Part shown: positions 19,012 through 28,507 of the stretch, in pieces
Numbering within the stretch: the first letter of the stretch is position 1
How the letters are laid out: every line of letters starts with the position of its first letter
Source: Candidatus Heimdallarchaeum aukensis
GTDB lineage: Archaea > Asgardarchaeota > Heimdallarchaeia > Heimdallarchaeales > Heimdallarchaeaceae
DNA: 64,000 nt
Direction: 5' to 3'
NCBI GenBank assembly: GCA_021513695.1
Contig: CP084166.1
Location: 2,400,001 to 2,464,000 of the forward strand
The notes under the pieces: model-generated
What the model was told of the DNA's origin: nothing
Seen by the model: the letters and a program-made list of their open reading frames with translations, nothing else
The model's database searches: none
Made by a program: the position numbers and the translations under genes

Positions 19012-21027
19012 ATGAAATCATCATTAACTTCATTAGATATCAATTGTCTTGTTGAGGAACTGAGACCCGAAATTATCGGCAGTTGGCTCAATAACGTCTA
19101 TAACATTGGAGAGAAATTACTTATTTTAAAGTTTCGAAAGTCTAGCAAAATTAATTTTGAGCTTATTATTGAACTAGGAAAAAGGTTTCATATAACAAAA
19201 TATGCCCGAAGTAAACCACCTGCTCCGAACAACAAGGTAGCAATGATGCGTAAACATATAAAAGGACTTCCTGTTGATGATTTTTATCAAATTGGTTTAG
19301 ATAGAATTATAGTATTTGAGATAGCTTACAAAGATTCACATTATAAGCTAGTTATTGAGTTGTTTGGAGAGGGGAATTACATTCTAGTAGATCCTGCAAA
19401 CAGGATATTGGTTGCTCAAACATATAGAAAAATGCGAGATAGAGATATTCATCCCGGAAAAGAGTTTTTCTTACCTCCACAACAAGAAAAAGATATTCTT
19501 TCAATTAGTAAGGACGATATTCTGGAATCTCTATCAAGTAAAGAAGAAAAAATCATCCCACTTCTCAATAAACTTTTAGGGTTAGGCCCTAAATATTCAA
19601 AAAATATTCTGGATAAGGCAAAAATCAATAACAAGGTAACAACTGAGTTAACCACCAACGAAAAAGAGTCACTCATAAAAGAAATACTAGAATTAAAGAA
19701 AATAATAGAAGAAAAAAGATATTCTCCTGTTGAGTATTTTGATGGTGAAGAAGTTATTGATATATCGCCTATTCCAATAGAGAAGTATAATGATTTAGAA
19801 AAAAAAGAACTAGATTCATTTAATGATGCTCTAGATGACTTTTTCACTGAAAATGAAGAGACACCAGAGTTCGAGAAAACAGAAGGAAAAATAAAGAGTA
19901 CTCAGTCAAAACATGAAAAAATTCTCCAGAATCAAATTGAACATAAGAAAAAACTAGAATTACAAGAGGAGTTAGAAAGAAAAAAAGGTGATTTACTATA
20001 TGCTCACTTCTCATTAGTTGATGAATTGCTAAACACCATTATAAAAGCGAGGAAAAATAATGTTCCTTGGTCTGAAATAGAGAAAAAAATGGATGAAGCA
20101 AAAAAGAAGAATATTCCTGCAGCATTAATCTTACACAAGATCAACCCTAAAACAAAAGAAATATGGGTAAAATTGGAAGATTTAGAAACTGGAGAAAATG
20201 AAATAATTGTACTAGATTTCACTCTTTCTGTTGCCGATAATGCGAATAAATTTTATGAAAAAAGTAAGAAGGCAAGGAGAAAAATACCAGGGGCCATCCA
20301 AGCAATAGAACGAACAAAACAACAAATTGAGAAAATGAAAGAGAAAGGAGAGCAACTTCTTACTGAAAAAGAAACTAGAAAAATGGTTGAAAAACGTCCA
20401 AAACGATGGTTCGAAAAATTTCACTGGTTTTTATGCGATGACACTGTAATCGTTGGAGGAAAAGATGCTAAATCCAATGAAAGATTACTTAAAACTTATC
20501 TGGAAGACGATGATCTCTTTTTCCATGCAGATGTGCATGGAGCCCCTTATGTTATAGCTAAAGACGGTAGGAAAAAACTCTCTGATGAATGTGTTAAAGA
20601 AATAGCAGCTTTTGCTCTATCGTTCTCAAGTTTGTGGAAAGCAAAAAAATTAGTGGGCGATGTCTATTACGTAAATCCTGATCAAGTGAGCCTAAGTGCT
20701 CCTTCTGGACAATATCTGGCTAAAGGAAGTGTAATGATATATGGAGAAAAGAATTATGTTAAGAATGTGGAAGTCAATCATGTGTTGGGATTAATCATTC
20801 ATGAAAACTACGCTCAGGTAATTGGAGGACCTATGAGAAGTGTTGACAATAAAACTGACATGATAATAAGATTAAAACCTGGCGAAATTAGTAAAGGAAA
20901 AATAGCAAAAATAATAAAGCAAAAGTTTATTGAGATGTGTCCAGAAGAAGATAAGTACAAAGTTGAAGCTCTTGATATTAATGAAATAATGGACTTCATT
21001 CCTGGAGATTCAGAGATAATAGAATAA
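19012..21027 (+). CDS. NEMF/Tae2/RqcH-family ribosome quality control protein (NFACT-N, coiled coil, NFACT-R/DUF814)
   Basis: N-terminal SLDINCLVEELRPEIIGSWLNNVY...ILKF (FbpA/NFACT-N type), a central K/E coiled coil, and C-terminal WFEKFHWFLCDDTVIVGGKDAKSNERLLKTYLEDDDLFFHADVHGAPYVI (DUF814). ATG at 19012 preferred; the track TTG at 18931 would overlap the divergent gene. Confidence 0.85.
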   Translation: MKSSLTSLDINCLVEELRPEIIGSWLNNVYNIGEKLLILKFRKSSKINFELIIELGKRFHITKYARSKPPAPNNKVAMMRKHIKGLPVDDFYQIGLDRIIVFEIAYKDSHYKLVIELFGEGNYILVDPANRILVAQTYRKMRDRDIHPGKEFFLPPQQEKDILSISKDDILESLSSKEEKIIPLLNKLLGLGPKYSKNILDKAKINNKVTTELTTNEKESLIKEILELKKIIEEKRYSPVEYFDGEEVIDISPIPIEKYNDLEKKELDSFNDALDDFFTENEETPEFEKTEGKIKSTQSKHEKILQNQIEHKKKLELQEELERKKGDLLYAHFSLVDELLNTIIKARKNNVPWSEIEKKMDEAKKKNIPAALILHKINPKTKEIWVKLEDLETGENEIIVLDFTLSVADNANKFYEKSKKARRKIPGAIQAIERTKQQIEKMKEKGEQLLTEKETRKMVEKRPKRWFEKFHWFLCDDTVIVGGKDAKSNERLLKTYLEDDDLFFHADVHGAPYVIAKDGRKKLSDECVKEIAAFALSFSSLWKAKKLVGDVYYVNPDQVSLSAPSGQYLAKGSVMIYGEKNYVKNVEVNHVLGLIIHENYAQVIGGPMRSVDNKTDMIIRLKPGEISKGKIAKIIKQKFIEMCPEEDKYKVEALDINEIMDFIPGDSEIIE

Positions 21028-21257
21028 ATAATTTCTAGAATTACATAAAAAGTGTTCAGAGAATTAGATTAGAATAATAATAATAACATTTCTATCAACT
21101 TCCTTCTCTTTTTTTATAATGTTTTTTTGATTTAATTTAGATTTTATGCATTAAGTCCTAAAACAAGTACAAAATATTGCTAAATATGTTTTAACTAAAA
21201 AACAGACAATATGTTGTAGATATTACATGAGATTAAAATTATTATTCGAATAATTAG

Positions 21258-22538
21258 TTGGTGAGTCCTATCACTCAAAAGAAGAAATGCCCTGTATGTG
21301 GATATGTGACAAAAGATCATCGTTTAATGAATTGTCCTAATTGTGGAACAGAGCTTATTTTAGATGTTGTTCTTCCAAGCCTAAATGTTCAGGATTCTTT
21401 TTTTGATATACAAGGAAACGAGTTAAAAGAAACACATAATCTAGGGAACAATAGTAAAAAAATTGACCAACCAGCTTGGCAAATAATGGATCAGGAAGGT
21501 GGAGCGACACAATATCCACTATTTGTAAAAAAGGAAGTAAATCTGTATCCTGTAATTCAAATACCCAGAGTTTCATTTGATTTTTTTAAGCAATATAGAG
21601 TTATATATCTAATTCTAATTTCAATACTCTCAATGTTACAATCAGCTTCTTTTTTGTTCCTAATATCGAGTTTATATGTCATGTTAAATCGAATTAAGTC
21701 GTCTAGCGCTGTTTCTATTATTCCATTTTTACTAGTAGGATTAATCTGTTATTCACTATTTTCTTATTTACAATTTAAATTTATATTTCATATAAAGCAA
21801 AAAAACTTCCCAGAAAGAATATTAGAAAAAGATTCTTCCTTTACTAGTTTTGTTCTAATTAATGCTTTACAATTGTTATTTTCCGCTATTCTCTTAGGAG
21901 TAATTTTCTTATTAATAGCAAAATCGGGAGCAAATATTGAGAAACCAATTATTTCTCAACTTATGTTGGGATTAGGGCTTCTACTAATTGTTCCATTGTT
22001 ACTAGTCTTTAGAACAGCAAAAATTTTAAGCTTGATGAGGAAAACAGGGATCTTTCAAAACATGTACGATGCCATTCAATTTTCAAAATTTTCATTAAGA
22101 AGGGGATACGGGATTCTCTTTGTAAGTATATTATTACCTATTTTCATAGTTACTCTTGGGGTCGGATCTATAACTACATGTTTATCTTCTCTTTTCAGAA
22201 TTTCTGGTTACACAGTGTCAGTATTGCATATTGTTACTACTGTATTTTTACTTATATTGGTGTCTGGATTATTCCTTATTTCAAATAATGAAGATGTTGA
22301 TATTTTGTCCATCTATGAATCATACTTGTTTGCTTTCTCCGTTCCACCTAAAATAACTTGGTTAAATAAAGAAACCAATATCGAAAGCTCGAAAGAAGAA
22401 AAACAAGAATTTGAAGATTTATTTAATCTAGACAATGTTGACTCTTTAGTTGAAGTAAAGTACTGCCCAGTTTGTTCAAGTAAATTACCTGATGATGTTG
22501 ACTATTGTGTGAGCTGTGGTCACCCTCTAAGAGAATGA
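21258..22538 (+). CDS. Polytopic membrane protein capped by zinc ribbons at both termini
   Basis: N-terminal CPVCGYVTKDHRLMNCPNCG, about six hydrophobic helices, and C-terminal CPVCSSKLPDDVDYCVSCG. Start is TTG 21258 or GTG 21261. Confidence 0.6.
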   Translation: MVSPITQKKKCPVCGYVTKDHRLMNCPNCGTELILDVVLPSLNVQDSFFDIQGNELKETHNLGNNSKKIDQPAWQIMDQEGGATQYPLFVKKEVNLYPVIQIPRVSFDFFKQYRVIYLILISILSMLQSASFLFLISSLYVMLNRIKSSSAVSIIPFLLVGLICYSLFSYLQFKFIFHIKQKNFPERILEKDSSFTSFVLINALQLLFSAILLGVIFLLIAKSGANIEKPIISQLMLGLGLLLIVPLLLVFRTAKILSLMRKTGIFQNMYDAIQFSKFSLRRGYGILFVSILLPIFIVTLGVGSITTCLSSLFRISGYTVSVLHIVTTVFLLILVSGLFLISNNEDVDILSIYESYLFAFSVPPKITWLNKETNIESSKEEKQEFEDLFNLDNVDSLVEVKYCPVCSSKLPDDVDYCVSCGHPLRE

Positions 22539-22567
22539 GAAAAGGATAATAAAAGATGAATTTTCTC

Positions 22568-23305
22568 TCACTTGAATTTTTTTACGAGTTGTTTTAGAAT
22601 TGTTTGTATTGTTTCTATTTTTTCTTCTATTTTCTCCACTCTTTTAACAAGCTTATTGAATTCGTCAGCTGATACTTCTACTTCTCCAGAGACTGATTCC
22701 ATCATCGATTCTTTAATATCTATAATTCCAGGAGCAAGTTCTTTTTTCTTTGTTACTTTAACGTTATTTGCTTCGAGAAGTGTGTAAGCCAAGAAATCAA
22801 ACGTTTCTTGGATATTTTGTCCTGTTAATGCCGATGTTTCACTATAGTAGAAGTTTATTCCCGTTTCAGTCATTAGTCTCTGACAAAATTCTATAGCCAT
22901 TTTCTGTGATACTCTCCTATTTTCTGGAGGAAGATCGATCTTATTAGCTATTACAAAGTAAACTAGAATTCCAGAATTTGAACCTTCAATACTCTCTTCT
23001 AGCCATGTTCGTAGATTAGTCATTGTTTGTTGATCTTGGATATCAAATACCAACAAAGCAGCTATAGCTCCTTTATAAAAAGTTGACCTAACAGCTGAAT
23101 AGCTATCTTGTCCTGCAAGATCCCATATCTGAAAAGTGATGTCATTGTCTTCTACTTTTACTTTTTTTGAAGCAAAGTCAGCCCCAATTGTTTTAAGATA
23201 GTCTCCTGTAAATCCTTTTCCCATATATCTCTCTCTAATAGAGGTCTTTCCTACTGCTCCATCTCCAGCCAATACAATTTTAAAATTCCATTTTTTTCCT
23301 GTCAA
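22568..23305 (-). CDS. Rab/Ras-like small GTPase with C-terminal coiled-coil extension (no prenylation motif)
   Basis: G1 GDGAVGKT, switch I YLKTIGADF (Rab-like TIGxDF), G3 WDLAGQD, YKGAIAALLVFDI, G4 ANKIDL, G5 ETSALTG. Tail VSADEFNKLVKRVEKIEEKIETIQTILKQLVKKFK. TTG start lies 4 nt after the upstream gene's TGA. Confidence 0.85.
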   Translation of the reverse strand: MTGKKWNFKIVLAGDGAVGKTSIRERYMGKGFTGDYLKTIGADFASKKVKVEDNDITFQIWDLAGQDSYSAVRSTFYKGAIAALLVFDIQDQQTMTNLRTWLEESIEGSNSGILVYFVIANKIDLPPENRRVSQKMAIEFCQRLMTETGINFYYSETSALTGQNIQETFDFLAYTLLEANNVKVTKKKELAPGIIDIKESMMESVSGEVEVSADEFNKLVKRVEKIEEKIETIQTILKQLVKKFK

Positions 23306-23309
23306 GATT

Positions 23310-23996
23310 TCACCCTTGTTGTTTGTATTTAGCTAATTCTTCTTCTAGCTCATCTATTCTTCTCTGAGCTTCAAGTAATCTCTTTTGGAATGTTTCTCCT
23401 ACTTCCTGCTGAGTTCTTTCAAAGTGTGCTTTTGCTTCTTCTAACTCTTTCCTCATTTTTTCTCTTTCCTCACGAGCTTTCTTTATTTCTTCACTCTCAC
23501 GAACTGTTTGAACAGCCTTTTTGAGCAATGTTTCCAAGTCATCTTTTGAAACATCAAAATTTGAGGAAGTAAGCATCTTTAGAGCGTTAAATTCATCAGC
23601 AGAGATTGTAGGTCTACTTTTCATTAGGTCTTCAACCTTCTCTTGTAGAGCTTTTTTCTCGATAAGTAGATCAGAAACCTGTGCTTTCAGTTGTCTATTT
23701 TCTTCACTTAATTGAGTAGAATTTTGTGTTTCAATATCAAGTGATCTTCTAAGATGTTCAATCTCATCAGAACTTTCTCCTAATTGCTTTATGTATCGAA
23801 CTAGCATAACTATATATTCACGCAAAAGAGGATGGATTAAATGCCAATATTGATGGATTTCTCGTTCAATATCAGATAATCTCGGATCTTTCATGTTTGG
23901 AGGGAGTTTTACAAAAACAGGGTTTTCAACATCAATTTGGGGATAATACTCTGGAATATAATTGTAGATTGTTTCTCCTTTATACTTTTTAAACAT
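23310..23996 (-). CDS. Coiled-coil protein co-transcribed with the Rab-like GTPase
   Basis: 228 aa. A globular ~75-aa N-terminus followed by long heptad-rich E/K/Q/L segments. Contains ISADEFNAL, matching VSADEFNKL in the GTPase tail. Confidence 0.65.
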   Translation of the reverse strand: MFKKYKGETIYNYIPEYYPQIDVENPVFVKLPPNMKDPRLSDIEREIHQYWHLIHPLLREYIVMLVRYIKQLGESSDEIEHLRRSLDIETQNSTQLSEENRQLKAQVSDLLIEKKALQEKVEDLMKSRPTISADEFNALKMLTSSNFDVSKDDLETLLKKAVQTVRESEEIKKAREEREKMRKELEEAKAHFERTQQEVGETFQKRLLEAQRRIDELEEELAKYKQQG

Positions 23997-24151
23997 AGTT
24001 TAACCTCACTTTTTTAATCAATTATATGTATCAATTACATTTAATAAAAGTTTTATGTCAAAGGAAAAACTAATGAAAGTTAAATTGAGAATGTTTTTTA
24101 AAGTTAGTTAGTAATTCTAAGTAGGCCTAAATAATTTACAAATCTACGATT

Positions 24152-25576
24152 GTGAAAGAAATGAGTGAAGAAAATAAAGAACAGTTTTTTGAGTTAGTGA
24201 AAGAGATAGATGAGATTGTTTTCCAACACATGAAAGATAAAGCTACATCAATAGAGTTTAAACAAGTCTTAAAAAAAGAAAAAAGTGATATTAAACCTAT
24301 TAATTCAATACTTGATGCAGAAAATGAGGAAACAGAGATATCATCAGTTATGGATAATATAGGTATTAATACAAAAAAGGCAAATATTCTTGAAGAAGAG
24401 CAGTTGTTATTAGAAGAAGCAGAGGAAAATAAAATATTTTTACAATTAAAGGACAAGTATCCTGACTATAATATCTATATAAAGCAGATATATTGTTCAA
24501 GTAGCTATCAAGAGGACAGAGTAATTCAGCTTTTACAAAAAGATCTAACCTCGCTCAAAGACATACGAATTAAGAAAAGTGAGATCAAGTTTTTTCCATT
24601 TTTATTGCATAATATTAAGTTTGTATTAGAAAAACCATTTTCTATTAGTTTTTACGATTATGAAATCCCTATCTATAGAACTTTACAAGAAGAAAAACTG
24701 CGTTTTTATCCAATAGGAGAATATCCTTTTGAAGAAAGAGAGAAAATTTTTGAAAATAAGTGGATTCCACTAATAAGTAGTTTGCAACACTCATTAATAA
24801 AATCAATTAATGATGGAAAGTTAGCTGAAAAGAGAGTAGAAAGAATAGATAAAAAAAATATTTCACCTGTTGATTTTAGTAAATTACAAGAATCAATCAG
24901 TGCTTCTATAGATAGTGCAAAGAAAGCTTTTTCAAATCCTAATAAAGAAAACACGTCTAATTTTGAAACATTTTGGCAGAATGAGAAACAGTTCAACAAT
25001 GCTATATTACAATTAAAAAAACAGTTAGTAAATATAGAGCATGAGTTAAAAGAAGAAGATGATAGGATAAAAGAAGAGTATCTAGAATTAAAGAAAAAAC
25101 AAGTAAAATTGAATAAAGAAGCAAAAATGTATAAGCAACTTGAAAATCAAGGAATAAAAATTGAACGAGAAAAAAAAGAAAAAGTTGCAAAGATGTTATC
25201 TGAATTTCAAAGCAAAAAAGAATCAGTTCAGAAAAAACTCTTTGAATTTAAGAAGAAAAAGAACTTGTTGGAGCAACTGACAGAGCTTATTAAAAATAAG
25301 AATATGACTGATTTTGAAAAGAACTTTAGAATGCTCTTCAAGAAAGATGTTGACAATGCATTAGAAGCAATTAAAACAAGCATCGAAGAGCAAGGATCTA
25401 ATATAAATTTAGTTGAAAGTAACCATCTTGAAAAAAATATTAGGTTACATGTTGTTTGGGTTCCAATATTCTTAATAACCTTCAAAGCATCACAAGAGGA
25501 ACGTAAAATAGATGGAAAAGCATTTTATTCAGATTTTGATAATAAAGTCTTCATTATTTCTCCTACCACAAGTTAG
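24152..25576 (+). CDS. Large coiled-coil protein, divergent from the GTPase operon
   Basis: 474 aa with an acidic N-terminus and extended K/E/Q/L coiled-coil region. Contains ISPVDFSKL, similar to the SADEFNxL motif. GTG at 24152 or ATG at 24161. Confidence 0.6.
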   Translation: MKEMSEENKEQFFELVKEIDEIVFQHMKDKATSIEFKQVLKKEKSDIKPINSILDAENEETEISSVMDNIGINTKKANILEEEQLLLEEAEENKIFLQLKDKYPDYNIYIKQIYCSSSYQEDRVIQLLQKDLTSLKDIRIKKSEIKFFPFLLHNIKFVLEKPFSISFYDYEIPIYRTLQEEKLRFYPIGEYPFEEREKIFENKWIPLISSLQHSLIKSINDGKLAEKRVERIDKKNISPVDFSKLQESISASIDSAKKAFSNPNKENTSNFETFWQNEKQFNNAILQLKKQLVNIEHELKEEDDRIKEEYLELKKKQVKLNKEAKMYKQLENQGIKIEREKKEKVAKMLSEFQSKKESVQKKLFEFKKKKNLLEQLTELIKNKNMTDFEKNFRMLFKKDVDNALEAIKTSIEEQGSNINLVESNHLEKNIRLHVVWVPIFLITFKASQEERKIDGKAFYSDFDNKVFIISPTTS

Positions 25577-25817
25577 ACAATAGTGACTAGATAGCTTTCT
25601 GATTCATTGATTTTTTCTGGATATGTTAGTAATAAGGCTCAAGAGACTAAAACGCAGATATTTCTGAATTCATATTTGATTAAACTTTCGTTCTATTTAT
25701 TAAAAAAATAACAAATTCTTGTGTAAATTAACCATGTGTATATATAATTCAACGTTCTTATCTGAATCTAAAAGTTTAAGAGTTTCTAAACTAGATATTT
25801 TCGTAGACAAAGTGAAA

Positions 25818-26420
25818 ATGATGAAAACGCTTTTCGATAAATCAAAATTCGATATGAAAGTAGAAGAAATTATGACAAAAGGGGTAATTTCTGTTGCCCC
25901 AAAAGCAAGTGCAGAAGTTTGTGCCAAACTAATGATCGATAATAAGATTGGCTCTGTCGTAGTAATAGACAGTAGTAAAAAAATTCTAGGTATCATTACC
26001 AAAGAAAATCTAATTAAACATGTTATAGCACAAAATGCAAGTCCAGAAGAAGTAAAAGCTTTTGAGATAATGTCTGCGCCAGTAATTACAGCTAGAGAGA
26101 CAATAACTATTTCAGAAGCTATGCGAAAAATGTTTAAAGAGAATATCCGCCACTTGGTGATTACTGATTCACAAGGATTTGTAATAGGAATATGTACAGA
26201 TACAGATCTGTTTAAAGTAGTTCCCACTTTAATTCTGATAGAAAAAGAATATTTGCAACTGATGAGAAATGAAGAGGAAGATACTAAAAATGAAGAATTA
26301 GTATCAGGATATTGTGATGACTGTGGAGAATATTCAGATTCACTAATGGAAATTGATGGCCAATTTAAGTGCCCAAGATGTGTCCCAGAAGATATAAACA
26401 TTATGCCACCTGAAATATAG
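25818..26420 (+). CDS. CBS-domain pair protein with C-terminal zinc ribbon
   Basis: Two CBS-like units (VEEIMTKGVISV...IGSVVVID..KILGIITKENL and AFEIMSAPVITA...IRHLVITDSQGFVIGICTDTDL), then CDDCGEYSDSLMEIDGQFKCPRC. ATG at 25818 preferred over the track start at 25719. Confidence 0.75.
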   Translation: MMKTLFDKSKFDMKVEEIMTKGVISVAPKASAEVCAKLMIDNKIGSVVVIDSSKKILGIITKENLIKHVIAQNASPEEVKAFEIMSAPVITARETITISEAMRKMFKENIRHLVITDSQGFVIGICTDTDLFKVVPTLILIEKEYLQLMRNEEEDTKNEELVSGYCDDCGEYSDSLMEIDGQFKCPRCVPEDINIMPPEI

Positions 26421-26447
26421 TCAAAAAATATTCTCTTAAGGGTAGAA

Positions 26448-26930
26448 ATGAAATTCTATGTTGATGCGATGTTTGGAAATCTGTCAAGATTTTTAAGGGT
26501 TTTAGGTTACGATTGCTTGCTACGTTCCAATACTCAAAATACAGATGATTATTTTTGTAAGGTTATAGAAGAAAATAGGATAATCATAACTCGCTCTAGG
26601 GTTCTTTATAACCAAGCTCGCAAAAGAGATATTAAAGCCATTTTCATTAATAAAGAAGGAATTGTAAATATCTTGTGTGAACTGAAAAGGAAAATAAATA
26701 TCAACCTTACTTGTGACCCTAATAATTCCCGTTGTTCAGATTGCAATGGTTTATTAGTTAAAACTGATAAAAACCTTATAAAAAAAGAAGTTAATAGTGG
26801 AACTTTTGAGCACTTTGAAGAGTTCTGGAAATGTAAAAGTTGTGGGAAAATTTATTGGGAAGGAGCTCATTGGGCTGATATAAGGAGAAAAATAAAACAA
26901 GTAAAAGAGTGTGTTGGAAATGAAAATTGA
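26448..26930 (+). CDS. Mut7-C RNase domain (DUF82, PIN-like plus zinc ribbon) protein
   Basis: N-terminal FYVDAMFGNLSRFLRVLGYDC and C-terminal RCSDCNGLL...CKSCGKIYWEGAHW are the characteristic Mut7-C/DUF82 patterns. Confidence 0.8.
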   Translation: MKFYVDAMFGNLSRFLRVLGYDCLLRSNTQNTDDYFCKVIEENRIIITRSRVLYNQARKRDIKAIFINKEGIVNILCELKRKININLTCDPNNSRCSDCNGLLVKTDKNLIKKEVNSGTFEHFEEFWKCKSCGKIYWEGAHWADIRRKIKQVKECVGNEN

Positions 26931-27534
26931 ATTTGAGACAGGAGAATACCTTGTGAAACTAGCTAGAAAAGCAGGAGAAAGTTGGGTTAAGTATAATAAA
27001 GCTATTGACCCTATAGAACCCATTCCTGAGCAAGCAAAAATGAAAACAGGAGCTTTTGTAACAGTAAAAAAGTATAAATTTACTTTAGAAAGCCTAAGAG
27101 GATGTATCGGTTACGTAGAAGGCATTGCTCCTTTATATGAAGAAGTGATAATGCTTGCAAAATCTGCAACACAAGAAGATCCCAGATTTCCCCCAGTAAA
27201 ACCAGATGAGTTGTCAAATTTGCTTTTTGAAGTAACTATAATGACTGTACCAAAAATAATCAATTATAACTCAATTGAGGAATTAATAAGTCAAATAAAG
27301 ATAGGGAGGGATGGATTAATAGTAGAAAAAGGGTTTAACAGAGGACTTCTCCTACCTCAAGTCCCAGTAGAGCAAAATTGGTCTGTTGAAGAATTCTTGT
27401 CTTACACATGTAGAAAAGCTTATCTCCCTACTGATGCTTGGAAAAAAATGGATCTGAAAATTAAGAAATTTCAGGGTGTAATATTCAAGGAGATAGTTCC
27501 TGAAGGAAAAATTGAACAGGAAGTTATTCAATAA
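26920..27534 (+). CDS. AMMECR1 domain protein
   Basis: GAFVTVKK...LRGCIGY core motif and the LLPQV region. ATG at 26920 overlaps the Mut7-C gene's end by 11 nt. Confidence 0.8.
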   Translation: MKIEFETGEYLVKLARKAGESWVKYNKAIDPIEPIPEQAKMKTGAFVTVKKYKFTLESLRGCIGYVEGIAPLYEEVIMLAKSATQEDPRFPPVKPDELSNLLFEVTIMTVPKIINYNSIEELISQIKIGRDGLIVEKGFNRGLLLPQVPVEQNWSVEEFLSYTCRKAYLPTDAWKKMDLKIKKFQGVIFKEIVPEGKIEQEVIQ

Positions 27535-28459
27535 TTTTAAGAATTTTATCAATCTTTTTGAAATCTGGCCTTTCAGCTATGTCAGGAACAAAAATTGGTA
27601 TAGTAACTGGAAGCTTTTGTTCAATTTGGTAAAATAGATTTTTTGACATAACTATTGCTTTAGAATTACTACGTGAATAAAGAGAAAGTATCTCTTCTAC
27701 TCTATCTTTTTGACTTTCAATAAATAGCAAATGTTGTTCCTTAGAACTTTTAGATTGGAGGTCTAATATCAATTCAATAAAATTAAGAAATGTTTTGTTA
27801 AAATCATCCCGAGGTTTGAAAGAACAGATTGTAGTATTTGCTCCACGTTGATACATTTTCAGGATATTAGCTAAATCTTCTTTTTTTCCTTCAACTAGAA
27901 TTAATACTCTTCCTTGGCAACCTACAGGTAATCCTCCTAAACCTTCTTCTTTTGCATGAAACAGGTATGCATCTTTTTCTCTAACCTCAATGAACAGTGT
28001 ATATTCTGGAGAAGTTAAATCCACTTTTAGTTGTTTGCTAGAACATTTTTCTAAAATAAACGATCCAATTTCAGCTGCAAGTTCCATGCTGGTGAAAGGG
28101 TGAGTTCCTACTCTTTTTACTCTTACTGCAAAAGAAGAGTGGGTCTGAATTTCATTAAGTAGCTGCTTTTCAATAACATTTTTGATTTCCTCTAATTCTG
28201 AGGGACATTTTATTGTTTTACTTATACTTTTGACTCCTGGAACAAAAGCACTAACAATTCTTTCAGCTTTTTCCAACTCGTCTGTTGACACAAAAATTCT
28301 GCTATATTGGTTTGAAACCCTAAAATCTTGAATGTTGAAATAGTTTAAACAATATCTAATGTGATTTAATAGAATAGATGTAAACCATTGTCTAGTTTTT
28401 TTACTTTTAATTCCAATTTCAGAGAAACGTACTAGCAGTAAGTGTGGATAGTCATTCAT
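27524..28459 (-). CDS. ThiI-like THUMP-domain protein lacking the PP-loop motif
   Basis: N-terminus LLLVRFSEIGIKSKKTRQWF and FAVRVKRVGTHPF...EGLGGLPVGCQGRVLILVEGKKEDL align by eye with E. coli ThiI (...[24 protein letters not shown]...). SGGFDS is replaced by VEGKKE, and the protein ends ~130 aa later. Confidence 0.65.
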   Translation of the reverse strand: MNDYPHLLLVRFSEIGIKSKKTRQWFTSILLNHIRYCLNYFNIQDFRVSNQYSRIFVSTDELEKAERIVSAFVPGVKSISKTIKCPSELEEIKNVIEKQLLNEIQTHSSFAVRVKRVGTHPFTSMELAAEIGSFILEKCSSKQLKVDLTSPEYTLFIEVREKDAYLFHAKEEGLGGLPVGCQGRVLILVEGKKEDLANILKMYQRGANTTICSFKPRDDFNKTFLNFIELILDLQSKSSKEQHLLFIESQKDRVEEILSLYSRSNSKAIVMSKNLFYQIEQKLPVTIPIFVPDIAERPDFKKIDKILKIIE

Positions 28460-28507
28460 TAGTTTTACCTAGAATGAAGGAAGAAACGAAGAATATAAGA
28501 ATAACTA

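Noticed and set aside
25700-26401. 233-aa minus-strand ORF mirroring the CBS-domain gene
   Set aside because: Ser/Ile/Phe-rich low-complexity product with no motifs. The plus-strand frame encodes clear CBS units and a zinc ribbon. Long antisense ORFs are expected in AT-rich, stop-poor frames.
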